A DNA stretch of 26,752 nt from an uncultured archaeon (GTDB taxonomy: Archaea > Hadarchaeota > Hadarchaeia > Hadarchaeales > Hadarchaeaceae): assembly GCA_937921735.1 (NCBI GenBank), contig CAKZTQ010000058.1, forward strand, positions 1 through 26,752, given 5' to 3'. Of the stretch, positions 8,723 to 18,272 are shown one piece after another (the stretch's first letter is position 1; each line of letters begins with the position of its first letter). The notes under the pieces are model-generated. The model was not told the origin of the DNA. It did no database searches and saw nothing but the letters and a program-made list of their open reading frames with translations. A program made the position numbers and the translations under genes.

Positions 8723-9875
8723 GCTGAAAGAGGTGCAACAGCTTTTGGAGAAAGAAGGGCTCGACGGGTGGCTTCTCTACGATTTTCGAGGGCAGAATCC
8801 GCTTGCTCTCAGTGTTCTTGGGATCGTCCATACCCTACTTACGCGTCGCTGGTTTGTCTGGGTGCCTACCGTTGGTAAGCCCCAGGCCTTGGTCCACGTT
8901 ATCGAAAAAGACAATCTGCCTTGGACTTATCCTAAGCGGGTTTATGCGAGCCGAGAGTCCTTGGTAGAGGAGCTGTCTGGGTTGTTAGGGGGGGCTCGGC
9001 GTGTAGCTATGGAATACTCGCCCTTAGGTGATAACCCCTACCTTTCCCGGGTTGATGCCGGTACTGTCGATCTCCTTCGCTCCCTGGGAGTGGAGGTTGT
9101 GAGTTCGGGGAATCTCCTTCAGCTTTTCGCTGCGTGGTCTTCTGAACAGATGGCGGCGCATAGAGAAGCCGCTCGGCAGCTGGGGCAAGTCAAGGACTTG
9201 GTTTTTGCCTATATTGCTGAGGTTCTTGCGAAAGGTAAAAAGGTACGGGAGTTTGAAATTCAAGAATATATGCAGGCCCTTTTTAGGGAACATGGATTGG
9301 AAACGGAGCATGGGCCTACTGTGGCTTTCGGTCCCAGCTCTTCTTTGCCTCACTACCGCCCCCGTCCCAAAGCTGACCGCGTGCTTTCCCAAGGAGAGGT
9401 GATCTTGCTGGATATGTGGGCCAAGCTGCCGGGTCCTAATCCCTATGCGGACATCACCTGGGTGGCCTTCTGGGGGAGGCCATCCGAGGAGGTGGTTCGG
9501 GCTTTTACCGCCGTTTTGGAGGCGCGGGACCGGTGTGTGGATTTTCTTGCTGAGGGTTTGGCTGAGGGGCGCGAGATCCGTGGATGGGAGGTGGATGCGG
9601 TTGCGAGGAGGGTCTTGGAGGGGTATGGGTTTGGTTCCTATATACAGCATAGAACCGGACATAGCCTTGGGGTTGCACAGGTTCATGGGGATGCGGTTCA
9701 CTTCGACGGTTACGAGACACGTGACGATCGGCGGGTGATTCCCAACCTCGGGTATACCGTGGAGCCTGGGGTTTACTTGGGGGACTTCGGTGTAAGAACG
9801 GAAATAGATGTGCTCGTGCATCCCGCTTCTGTCGAGATCACCTCACCGGTGCAAAGACAAATAGATGCTCTTTAA
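8715..9875 (+). CDS. M24 family metallopeptidase (Xaa-Pro peptidase/prolidase-like)
   Basis: All five pita-bread metal ligands are present: LLDMW, YADITW, HRTGHSLG, TVEPG and RTEID. ATG 8715 follows GGAGG. Confidence 0.9.
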   Translation: MDRLKEVQQLLEKEGLDGWLLYDFRGQNPLALSVLGIVHTLLTRRWFVWVPTVGKPQALVHVIEKDNLPWTYPKRVYASRESLVEELSGLLGGARRVAMEYSPLGDNPYLSRVDAGTVDLLRSLGVEVVSSGNLLQLFAAWSSEQMAAHREAARQLGQVKDLVFAYIAEVLAKGKKVREFEIQEYMQALFREHGLETEHGPTVAFGPSSSLPHYRPRPKADRVLSQGEVILLDMWAKLPGPNPYADITWVAFWGRPSEEVVRAFTAVLEARDRCVDFLAEGLAEGREIRGWEVDAVARRVLEGYGFGSYIQHRTGHSLGVAQVHGDAVHFDGYETRDDRRVIPNLGYTVEPGVYLGDFGVRTEIDVLVHPASVEITSPVQRQIDAL

Positions 9876-9888
9876 AGGAGGTCAAGCA

Positions 9889-11961
9889 ATGGCTGAGCGG
9901 AAGGTCCAAGTTGCGGTTGACGTAGGTGGAACATTTACCGATCTGGTGGCTCTGTACGCGGATCCCCACACGGGGACGCAGCGAGTGGTGACGGCCAAAG
10001 TCGATACCACGCCCCCAGAGTTCGAAAAAGGGGTGCTTCAGGTGCTTCAAAAAGGGGGGGTTCCCGTGGGGGAAACCGCCCTATTGATACATGGAACCAC
10101 GGTGGTCATCAACGCCATCACCGAGCGTCGCGGGGTGAAGGTGGGATTAATCACCACCGAGGGGTTTAGAGATGTCCTGGAGATTGCTCGGGGCGATCGT
10201 CCTGACTTCTTTAACCTGCTTTACCGTAAGCCTCCACCCTTTGTGCCCCGGTACCTTCGGCGTGAGGTGCCCGGGCGTATGACTTACCGGGGCGAGGAGC
10301 GGAGTCCTCTAGATACGAATGTCCTTCCGGGTATCCTAGAGGACTTCAAAAAAGAGGGAGTGGAGGCGGTGGCGGTATGCCTCCTGCATAGTTATGCCAA
10401 TCCCAGCCATGAGGAAAGGGTTGTTCAGGAAATTCGGCGCCTTTGGCCGGATGTGCCTGTAATTGCTTCGCACGAGATTACACGGGAGTGGAGGGAATAC
10501 GAACGCACTAGCACTACGGTTCTCTGTGCCTATGTTCTCCCCGTAGCCCAGCGGTACTTAGATCGACTGGGTCAGGGATTGGCGGACCAAGGATTTGGCG
10601 GGCAAATCTACATTATGCATTCTAACGGTGGAGTGGAGACCCTCGAGCGGACCAAGCGGGTCCCTATTACCATGATCGAATCCGGACCTGCCGGAGGCTT
10701 TTTGGGGGCTGCGGAGCTTGGTCGGCTTCTTGGAGAACCCAACATCTTGGCCTTAGATATAGGTGGGACGACCGCCAAGTGCTCTCTTATCGTGGATGGC
10801 CAGGTTCGCATTAAGACAGATTACTGGATTGAAAGAGATCGAAAATCCTCTGGATACCCCATCATGGTTCCCGTGGTAGATGTGGTGGAAATTGGGAACG
10901 GAGGTGGAAGTATAGCGTGGGTGGACGATTTCGGCCGCCTGCACGTGGGTCCCCAGTCGGCGGGGGCCCAGCCTGGTCCGGCGGCCTACGGCCGGGGAGG
11001 TCAGGACGCTACCACTACCGACGCCAACTTGGCCTTAGGGCGCATTAATCCAAACTATTTCTGTGGCGGCGAAATAGAAGCAGATATGGACGCAGTAAAC
11101 ATGGCCTTGGATCGTCTTTCCGCTCGTTTAGGGATGAAGCGAGAGGAGGTGGCAAGAGGCATTATTCGCTTGGCTAATAACAATATGGTTAACGCACTTA
11201 AGCTGGTTTCGGTCAATCGGGGCTACGATCCGCGAGATTTCACCCTTATGGCCTTCGGGGGAGGTGGGGGAATGCACGCTGTGGCCCTTGCGCGGGAGTT
11301 GGGGATGCGCAAGGTGATCATTCCTTGGGCGGCGGATGTGTTTTCTGCCTTTGGAATGCTTATGACCGACCTTCGACGCGACTACCTCATTACCCAGCTG
11401 ATTTCCCTGGACACTCCCCAGGCGGCTTCTCGACTGAGTTGGCTGGCGGAGAGCCTGACCCAGACCGCTTTGGAAGAACTGAAGGCGGAGGGGGTTCCCC
11501 TGGAGCGGGCTCGGCTGTTGTATTTCGGACGCATCCGGTACGAGAACCAGGAACATACCGTTGAAATCCCTCTGCCGCCCCCACCTTATCGAGAAGACAG
11601 CTTGTCTCAGATTGCCCAAACCTTCCACGAGGCCTACGAGCGGGAGTATACCTACAGGCTTAATGCGCCTTTGGAGTTCGTAACCTTGCACCTTGTGCTC
11701 GGTGTGGCTATAGACCGCCTTCAGGTGCCGCGGATGCCCCGTACAGGGCGATCGTTAGAGGAGGCGATGAAGGGTGTCCGGACAGTGGACTTTGATTTAG
11801 AGGGTGTACAGCCAGCTAAGATCTACGACGGGCACTCCTTAGAACCGGGTATGGCCTTTGAAGGGCCGGCCATTGTGGAGACCAAAGGAACAACAGTAGT
11901 GGTGCATCCTGGATGCCGGGCGGAAGTGGACGATTTCGGCAACCTGCATATTTACCTGTAG
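9889..11961 (+). CDS. hyuA: Hydantoinase A / 5-oxoprolinase-family ATP-binding subunit
   Basis: DVGGTFTD, HGTTVVINA, REYER, SGPAGG, DIGGTT, VGPQSAGAQPGPAAY, GYDPRDF and SAFG motifs; about 690 aa; AAGGAGG ribosome-binding site. Confidence 0.93.
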   Translation: MAERKVQVAVDVGGTFTDLVALYADPHTGTQRVVTAKVDTTPPEFEKGVLQVLQKGGVPVGETALLIHGTTVVINAITERRGVKVGLITTEGFRDVLEIARGDRPDFFNLLYRKPPPFVPRYLRREVPGRMTYRGEERSPLDTNVLPGILEDFKKEGVEAVAVCLLHSYANPSHEERVVQEIRRLWPDVPVIASHEITREWREYERTSTTVLCAYVLPVAQRYLDRLGQGLADQGFGGQIYIMHSNGGVETLERTKRVPITMIESGPAGGFLGAAELGRLLGEPNILALDIGGTTAKCSLIVDGQVRIKTDYWIERDRKSSGYPIMVPVVDVVEIGNGGGSIAWVDDFGRLHVGPQSAGAQPGPAAYGRGGQDATTTDANLALGRINPNYFCGGEIEADMDAVNMALDRLSARLGMKREEVARGIIRLANNNMVNALKLVSVNRGYDPRDFTLMAFGGGGGMHAVALARELGMRKVIIPWAADVFSAFGMLMTDLRRDYLITQLISLDTPQAASRLSWLAESLTQTALEELKAEGVPLERARLLYFGRIRYENQEHTVEIPLPPPPYREDSLSQIAQTFHEAYEREYTYRLNAPLEFVTLHLVLGVAIDRLQVPRMPRTGRSLEEAMKGVRTVDFDLEGVQPAKIYDGHSLEPGMAFEGPAIVETKGTTVVVHPGCRAEVDDFGNLHIYL

Positions 11962-11973
11962 GGGGTGGGTAGC

Positions 11974-13629
11974 ATGAGCAAGCTAGACTTCATCACCCTT
12001 GAAGTGATCCAGAATTCCTTGCAGGCCATAAGTGATGAGATGTTTGCTGCTATGCGAAAGACGGCCATGAGTCCCATCATCTACGAGGTTCTGGACATGG
12101 GAACGGCGGTTACGGACGGCCATGGGAACTTGGCGACCTCCGGGGCGGGTATACCAGCCTTTGTAGCCGTGTTGGACAAAGCCGTCCAAAGGATCATCGA
12201 GCTTAACCAGGGCGATATCCGTCCCGGAGATGTGTTTGCTACTAACGACCCCTTCTTCGGCGGGGTTACCCACCTGAACGATGTGGTTCTGGCCATGCCT
12301 GTTTTTGTGGAAGGGGAATTGGTGGCTTGGACGGCTAACATTGCCCACTGGAACGATGTGGGCGGTATGGTGCCGGGTTCCATGTCCAACGAGGCTCGGG
12401 AAATCTACCAGGAAGGTCTTCGGTTACCGGCTGTTAAAATCGTTGACCAAGGCCAACCTGTGCGGGCAGTGATGGAGATTTTGCGGGCCAACACCCGTCT
12501 TCCCGATTTCCTCTGGGGCGATCTCTGGGCAGGTGTGGCAGCGGTTCGCCTTGGAGCTAGGCGCATTCAGGATCTGGCAGCCAAATACGGTAAAGATGTT
12601 TTCGTCCAGGCTCTAGATCATTTCATGGCTTATGGGGAGGAAGTTTCTCGTCGGGCTCTAAGGGAACTACCTAAGGGAAAATTTTACCTTGAAGAAGAGC
12701 AGGATGATGGCCGGATCTTCAAGGTAACCGTGGAAATACGGGATGATCGCTTTGTGATCGATCTGCGGGATAATCCTGATCAGCACGAAGGCCCCTACAA
12801 CCTGTGTCGGGACGCAACCCTGATCGCGTGTCAGCTCATCTTTAAAAATGTCACCGATCCCTTTAGTACCGTGGCTAACGCGGGGACCTTCCGTCCTCTA
12901 GAAGTGCTAACACGTCCCGGGTCTGTGTTTGACGCTCAGCCGCCCGCAGCCTTTGGCTTTTACTACGAAGTGGAAATTCGGGTATATGATCTTATTTGGC
13001 GCTGCTTGGCCCCTTACCTCGAGGATCGGCTTCCTGCCGGGCACTTTGCGTCGATTTGTGGAACCGTTATTGGAGGGCCCCATCCGGATACCGGACGCCA
13101 CTTCACCATCGTGGAGCCAGAGCTCGGTGGATGGGGAGCCTCCCGGTACTCTGACGGTAACAGCGCTCTATTTAGCGGCTTCCATGGGGAAACTTTCAAC
13201 TGTCCTGCTGAGGTGGCCGAAGCACGGTATGGGCTCTATGTGGAGCAGCTTCGCCTTAACGACGAACCGGGCGGCGAAGGCTATTTCAGGGGGGGTAAGG
13301 GCATTGTGCTTGATTACCGAGTTCGCTCTGATGGGTGCTTCCTAACCATCGGTTATACCCGGAGCAAACAGCGTCCTTGGGCTCTGGCGGGGGGCCGAGA
13401 AGGATCCCCGAATTACGTGGAAATATTCCGGAAAGACGGGAGAAGGGAGGTGTATTCCCAAGTTACCGCCCTGCCGCTGAATCGCGGGGATCTGATTCGC
13501 ATTCACACAGGCAATGGTGGTGGATACGGTGACCCTCGTAGCCGGCCAAGAGAAAAGGTGTTAGAGGATCTGAAGAACGGGTACATTACCTCTGAAATAG
13601 CCCGTGAGGTGTACGGCCTGGAGGTTTGA
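11974..13629 (+). CDS. hyuB: Hydantoinase B / oxoprolinase-family metal-binding subunit (copy 1)
   Basis: NDPFFGGVTHLND, AHWNDVGG, EIYQEG, GGWGA and GGGYGDP motifs, plus C-terminal tail RPREKVLEDLKNGYITSEIAREVYG. Confidence 0.93.
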   Translation: MSKLDFITLEVIQNSLQAISDEMFAAMRKTAMSPIIYEVLDMGTAVTDGHGNLATSGAGIPAFVAVLDKAVQRIIELNQGDIRPGDVFATNDPFFGGVTHLNDVVLAMPVFVEGELVAWTANIAHWNDVGGMVPGSMSNEAREIYQEGLRLPAVKIVDQGQPVRAVMEILRANTRLPDFLWGDLWAGVAAVRLGARRIQDLAAKYGKDVFVQALDHFMAYGEEVSRRALRELPKGKFYLEEEQDDGRIFKVTVEIRDDRFVIDLRDNPDQHEGPYNLCRDATLIACQLIFKNVTDPFSTVANAGTFRPLEVLTRPGSVFDAQPPAAFGFYYEVEIRVYDLIWRCLAPYLEDRLPAGHFASICGTVIGGPHPDTGRHFTIVEPELGGWGASRYSDGNSALFSGFHGETFNCPAEVAEARYGLYVEQLRLNDEPGGEGYFRGGKGIVLDYRVRSDGCFLTIGYTRSKQRPWALAGGREGSPNYVEIFRKDGRREVYSQVTALPLNRGDLIRIHTGNGGGYGDPRSRPREKVLEDLKNGYITSEIAREVYGLEV

Positions 13630-13667
13630 CGTAAGGAACCAAGGGTTCTTTTACCGAGGGGTTGTGG

Positions 13668-15242
13668 ATGAAGGACCCCATTACCGTAGAGATCATTGCT
13701 GAAGGCCTGGAGGCGGCGGCCCAAGAGATGCTCCTGGTCCTTCAACGAACGGCCATGTCTCCGATTGTGTATGAGGTTCTCGATGCCGGTGCAGGCATCA
13801 CGGATGCCGCTGGACGGCTGGTGGCCTCCGGGGCGGGCATACCTACTTTTGTGTCCATCATAGACCGCGCTGTGCGTGCGGCCCATGCACATTTCGGAGA
13901 GGACATTCGTCCTGGAGATATTTTTCTGACTAACGAACCTTCCCAAGGAGGGGTAACGCACCTTAACGATGTTGCTGCCGTCATGCCTGTCTATGCCATA
14001 GGTAGGCGGGTGGCGTGGGTGGGGGTTATTGCCCATTGGAGCGATGTGGGGGGTGGAGTAGCTGGGTCAATGATGGCCGGAGCCGGAGAGCTTTTCCAGG
14101 AAGGCATACGTATACCCCCGATCAAGGTGGCCGAAGGTGGCAAAATACTCACCCACGTTTTCCGGTTGCTTAAAACCAATTCCCGTTTACCGGACTTCCT
14201 AGAAGGAGACCTTTGGGCCCAGATTGCTGCTCTTAAGGCGGGGGAACGTCGGGTTCGTGAGCTTGCCCGGCGCTATGGTTACGAGGTCTTTGTAGATACG
14301 TTGAATGAGATCCTCGAAGCGGGGTACAAGCGGGCCCTTCAGGGCCTGGCCAATTTACCTCAGGGCGACTTTGCCCTGGAGGAAGAACAGGATGACGGCT
14401 CTTGCTTTCGCGTTAGGGTGCAAATTCGTCCCGATCAATTTGTGGTGGATCTGAGAGATAATCCTGATCAAATGCCTGGACCGTATAACCTTTATCGCGA
14501 TGCGACAGAAATAGCTGCTCAAATGATCTTTAAAGCACTTGTTGATCCTAGAAGAGAAGGAGCCAACGCGGGGTTCTTCCGCCCCTTAAAGGTTATAACC
14601 CGTCCTGGATCGCTTTTTGATGCGCTACCACCGGCTGCGTGCGGTTTTTATTACGAACTTCGTATGCGGGTGTACGACCTGATTTGGCGTTGTCTCGCCA
14701 CGCATCACCCTGCGCTCCTGCCTGCAGGTCACTTTGCTACTATAGGAGGTACGGTATTAAGTGGCCGTAATCCCGACAACCAAAAAGCCTATGTCTTGGT
14801 GGAGCCCCAGCCTGGAGGCTGGGGGGCTTTCTGGGAGGGAGATGGGGTTTCCACGCTTTTCAGTGCCTTCCATGGAGAAACGTACATTTGCCCCGCTGAA
14901 GTTGCCGAGGCTCGCTACGGTTTAGAAGTGGAACGGATGGCCTTGAACGAGGAAAAAGGGGGGGAGGGTCGCTATCGAGGAGGCAAAGGTTTTGTTCGGG
15001 TCTACCGTATGCGCGCGGAAGCGCTTCTTACCGTAGGTTTTACCCGCACCCGCATTCCACCTTGGGGGCTTGCAGGAGGGGGTCCGGGGACCCCAAACCG
15101 GGTAGAGATAATCTACCCAGACGGATCGATCAGACGGCTGGGTATCGCTAGTGGAGTACGCCTTCCACCGGGGGCACGGGTCCGAATCGTAACCGGCGTT
15201 GGGGGAGGTTATGGCGCACGTGGCGATTCAGAAGGCCGGTGA
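13668..15242 (+). CDS. hyuB: Hydantoinase B / oxoprolinase-family subunit (copy 2, lacks C-terminal tail)
   Basis: NEPSQGGVTHLND, AHWSDVGG, ELFQEG, GGWGA and GGGYG motifs; collinear paralogue of copy 1. Confidence 0.9.
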   Translation: MKDPITVEIIAEGLEAAAQEMLLVLQRTAMSPIVYEVLDAGAGITDAAGRLVASGAGIPTFVSIIDRAVRAAHAHFGEDIRPGDIFLTNEPSQGGVTHLNDVAAVMPVYAIGRRVAWVGVIAHWSDVGGGVAGSMMAGAGELFQEGIRIPPIKVAEGGKILTHVFRLLKTNSRLPDFLEGDLWAQIAALKAGERRVRELARRYGYEVFVDTLNEILEAGYKRALQGLANLPQGDFALEEEQDDGSCFRVRVQIRPDQFVVDLRDNPDQMPGPYNLYRDATEIAAQMIFKALVDPRREGANAGFFRPLKVITRPGSLFDALPPAACGFYYELRMRVYDLIWRCLATHHPALLPAGHFATIGGTVLSGRNPDNQKAYVLVEPQPGGWGAFWEGDGVSTLFSAFHGETYICPAEVAEARYGLEVERMALNEEKGGEGRYRGGKGFVRVYRMRAEALLTVGFTRTRIPPWGLAGGGPGTPNRVEIIYPDGSIRRLGIASGVRLPPGARVRIVTGVGGGYGARGDSEGR

Positions 15243-15259
15243 GAAAAGCTAAGAGTTCC

Positions 15260-15338
15260 CCCCATCACGAGACCGCGGTGCGCCTTCTGGAGGCCGGGCG
15301 ATATTGCCTGCTGGAGCGAAGGGGGTGTGGAATGTGGG
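15260..15338 (+). mobile_element. IS1634-family right-end remnant: last codons of the transposase plus terminal inverted repeat
   Basis: Reads PHHETAVRLLEAGRYCLLERRGCGMW, an IS1634-like C-terminus. GGGGTGTGGAATGTGGG (15322-15338) is a 15/17 reverse-complement match to 26613-26629. Confidence 0.75.
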
Positions 15339-15369
15339 TTGAAGGATTCGGATTCAGGTTTGAAGGAAT

Positions 15370-16554
15370 GTGGCAATGCAACTGAAAGAGTTGCTTGCTC
15401 GCATGCCTCTCTTTGATGTGTTAGCAGGGGATCCACATTTGGTCGAGGTGAGCCGCGTGGAGGCGTTGCGCGCAGGAGTGGATCCGCTGCCTGGTACGTT
15501 ATACCTCGTTGAACGTGAAGATACGTTTTTGGCGTGGATCGAGACATACCGACATTCTATGCTTTTCCGTCACCTCGGGTTTGTGCTACCGGCCCCGGCT
15601 GAGTTTCGCTTCCCACCTACTCTGAGAGCAGATGTGGTTGTGTTGCGCTACATAGAGTCTCAACTGCCACTTGATCTTAGCGCACGCATCCTGCGATGTC
15701 TTTATGAATGGCACCAACCTTCACAGATCGATGCTGAATCGTTGCGCAAAGAGATCATTGAAGAGTTACTTCAAGGTGCTTTTACCTCACTGGAGACGTT
15801 GCTTGCGCGTGCGAGGATTTTGAATCTCGCCTTAGAGCATAAAAGGCAAGTGTTGTTGGTGGACCTAGAAGATTCCGGCGCCTTTTATTTAGAGCACCTT
15901 GCCAAAGGTGAGGGTCATATTTCCCTAGTACGGAGCAGGATGTTGTCCTTGCTGAGGGAGGTTCTTCTTGAAGACTCCCCCTACCACGTGGCAAGTCTGC
16001 ATGGTACCGGAGCTGTGGCCTTGCTTGATCGTCGAGGCGCGGCAGATCCAACTATTCTTGCACAGACCGTGTACGAAAGGTTGCGGCGGGAGTTCGGAGC
16101 GGTGGCCTTCGTTGTGGCGTTGGGAAATTCCTACACGTCCCCAGAGTTGCTAGCCCAAAGCTACCGCGAAGCACAGATCACCCTTGAAATCCGTCGCATC
16201 TATGGTTTAAAGCCTCTTTGGATCACCTTCGAATCTGTGCGTCCCCAAGTTTTCTTGCATATCTTGCAGAAAAACCCAGAGATTGTCAAATTTGTCGAAG
16301 CAGTACTTGAGCCCTTGCGTGCAGTCGAACCCCGTTACCGCCGAGCTCTCCTAGAAGCGTTGGTAGCCTATTTGGAGTGCGACCGCTCGGTTAGAAAGGC
16401 ATCCAAAGTGCTAGGTATTCACCCCAACACTCTGAAGTACCGCATGCGGCGTCTAGAGGAGTTGCTCGGCCTCCAGAGTATTGACGGCGAGCGGAAGCTC
16501 CTGTACTATGTCGCCGCTAAGCTTTCCCTGCTTAAACTGCGGTTGTCCTCTTAG
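15370..16554 (+). CDS. PucR/CdaR-family transcriptional regulator
   Basis: PucR-like N-terminus (MQLKELLA...VLAG); central SYREA segment; C-terminal HTH LLEALVAYLECDRSVRKASKVLGIHPNTLKYRMRRLEELLG. Start may instead be ATG 15376. Confidence 0.9.
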   Translation: MAMQLKELLARMPLFDVLAGDPHLVEVSRVEALRAGVDPLPGTLYLVEREDTFLAWIETYRHSMLFRHLGFVLPAPAEFRFPPTLRADVVVLRYIESQLPLDLSARILRCLYEWHQPSQIDAESLRKEIIEELLQGAFTSLETLLARARILNLALEHKRQVLLVDLEDSGAFYLEHLAKGEGHISLVRSRMLSLLREVLLEDSPYHVASLHGTGAVALLDRRGAADPTILAQTVYERLRREFGAVAFVVALGNSYTSPELLAQSYREAQITLEIRRIYGLKPLWITFESVRPQVFLHILQKNPEIVKFVEAVLEPLRAVEPRYRRALLEALVAYLECDRSVRKASKVLGIHPNTLKYRMRRLEELLGLQSIDGERKLLYYVAAKLSLLKLRLSS

Positions 16555-16620
16555 GACCAGCCGAGTCTTCTGCGTTGGTCCTCTGAGGACATAGCCAACG
16601 AAGGAAGCTTCCGTTAATGT
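16543..16620 (+). promoter_or_regulatory. Tandem palindromic operator sites plus activator-type promoter for module 2
   Basis: GTCCTCTTAGGAC (16545-16557) and GTCCTCTGAGGAC (16578-16590), 33 bp apart; then TAGCCA (16592-16597), 17 nt, TAATGT (16615-16620). Confidence 0.7.
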
Positions 16621-16647
16621 ATCCCCATCTGAAGGGAGGAGATGTAT

Positions 16648-18243
16648 ATGCAAAGGGCTTGGAGGGCTTTTTTAGCGGGCATCCTTTTTCTCGGGTTTGC
16701 TGCAGCTCAAAAAACTCTGGTCGTGGCTGTCGAAGGGGATATCGACACCTTCGATCCCGCTTTTTCTGTGGGAAGCACGCCGACCCAGACTATTTCGGCT
16801 AACGTCTTCGAGACACTGATCCGTCCCCAGATCGTCGAGCGCACTGCCCCAGATGGAACCGTCTACAGAACGGTAGACATGGAGCAACTTGTAGGGCAGC
16901 TTGCAGAGTCTTGGGCCTTTGATTCAAGCGATCCGAATCGGGTTATTTTCCGACTGCGCAAAGGAGTGCGCTACCACAGCGGTACACCCTTTAACGCAGA
17001 TGCCGTGATCCTCGGCATGCGCCGGATCTTTGAAAGTCAGAGCATCACCACCTTCCTCGTGGGAATGGGTGGGGCGGTCACCCGTGCAGACCAGTTCCGG
17101 AAGCTCGACGACTACACTGTGGCCCTCACGATGAAGCAGGGCAACCTTCTGACGCTCAAGAACCTCACGATTTATAATTCCGCTGCGATCGACCCTGCCG
17201 ACCTCAAGGCCCACGCGACGCCGGAAGATCCGTGGGCACTCGACTGGTTCAAGAAGAACTTGGGTTCGGGAACAGGGCCCTACCTGCTTGAAAGCTACGT
17301 TCCGGGCGACCGCATCGTACTCAAAGCATACCCTAACTACTACCTGGGCAAACCCAAGATCGATCGCGTTATCATGAAGATCGTTCCAGATCCTGCACAG
17401 CGGGTACTGTTGCTGCGCACCGGTGCAGTAGACATGGCCAACCAAGTGCCTGTCCGTGAGCTTGACGCCCTCAAGAGGATTCCTTCCCTCAGGGTATTGA
17501 GCTTCCCTACCACCACACAGGATCGGCTGATGATGAACAATAGCATGCCGCCTTTTGATAACAAGCTGGTGCGCAAGGCTGTGGCGTATGCGATCCCCTA
17601 TGAGCTAATCGTGCGACAGGTTTATCGCGGCTACGCCCGCGTTTCCGTGGGGCCAATCGAAGACGGGATGCCTACCTCCGATCCAACGGCTTGGCCGTAC
17701 CGGTATGATCCTGAGCGTGCCAAGAAGCTCTTGGCCGAGGCTGGCTACCCGGAGGGTAAGGGACTTCCGCCAATCAAGCTCAGAATCCGTATCGGTAAAG
17801 AGGAGCAGGAACGTGAAGCCGTCATTGTGCAGGATGCGTTGAGCAAGCTTGGCATGAAGGTTACCATTGAAAAGCTTCCCTTCGCCACGTTCAACGAGCT
17901 GCAACAGGGCGGCAAGCTGCAGTTCTTTATCGATGACTGGATTTCCTGGGTCAACGATCCCTACTACCACATGTTCTGGAACTTCCACTCAAAGAGCCCC
18001 ACGAACTACGTCCGCTACAGCAACCCTGAGGTGGACAAGCTCATCGATACCTACATGTTGAGCCGTGACGCGAAGGCTCGAGCCGAGGCCAGCCGGCGCG
18101 CCCAGCGCCTTATCAGCGACGACGTGCCCCAGGTGTACTTGGCAAGCCCCAACTTCAACGTGGTTTTGAACAAGAAGGTCACCGGCTATATCTACTTCAA
18201 CGATCAGCTCACCCGGTTCTTCTACATGGATAAAAAACCGTAA
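16648..18243 (+). CDS. Dpp/Opp-type ABC transporter substrate-binding protein (family 5), second system
   Basis: Signal peptide MQRAWRAFLAGILFLGFAAA-Q; LAESW...FRLRKGVRYHSG, GTGPY, PFDNKLVRKA and YDPERAKKLLAEAG motifs. Confidence 0.93.
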   Translation: MQRAWRAFLAGILFLGFAAAQKTLVVAVEGDIDTFDPAFSVGSTPTQTISANVFETLIRPQIVERTAPDGTVYRTVDMEQLVGQLAESWAFDSSDPNRVIFRLRKGVRYHSGTPFNADAVILGMRRIFESQSITTFLVGMGGAVTRADQFRKLDDYTVALTMKQGNLLTLKNLTIYNSAAIDPADLKAHATPEDPWALDWFKKNLGSGTGPYLLESYVPGDRIVLKAYPNYYLGKPKIDRVIMKIVPDPAQRVLLLRTGAVDMANQVPVRELDALKRIPSLRVLSFPTTTQDRLMMNNSMPPFDNKLVRKAVAYAIPYELIVRQVYRGYARVSVGPIEDGMPTSDPTAWPYRYDPERAKKLLAEAGYPEGKGLPPIKLRIRIGKEEQEREAVIVQDALSKLGMKVTIEKLPFATFNELQQGGKLQFFIDDWISWVNDPYYHMFWNFHSKSPTNYVRYSNPEVDKLIDTYMLSRDAKARAEASRRAQRLISDDVPQVYLASPNFNVVLNKKVTGYIYFNDQLTRFFYMDKKP

Positions 18244-18252
18244 ACCGCGCGC

Positions 18253-18272
18253 CCCGGCCCCACGGGGCCGGG
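18253..18272 (+). other. GC-rich intergenic stem-loop after the binding-protein gene
   Basis: CCCGGCCC-cacg-GGGCCGGG with no U-tract; probably an mRNA stabiliser or attenuator. Confidence 0.6.

Noticed and set aside
9024-9821. 265-aa minus-strand ORF
   Set aside because: Antisense to the motif-complete M24 peptidase.
9889-15242. Possible acetone or acetophenone carboxylase (same superfamily)
   Set aside because: No small gamma-type subunit, and the peptide importer, racemase and peptidase context favours amide hydrolysis.
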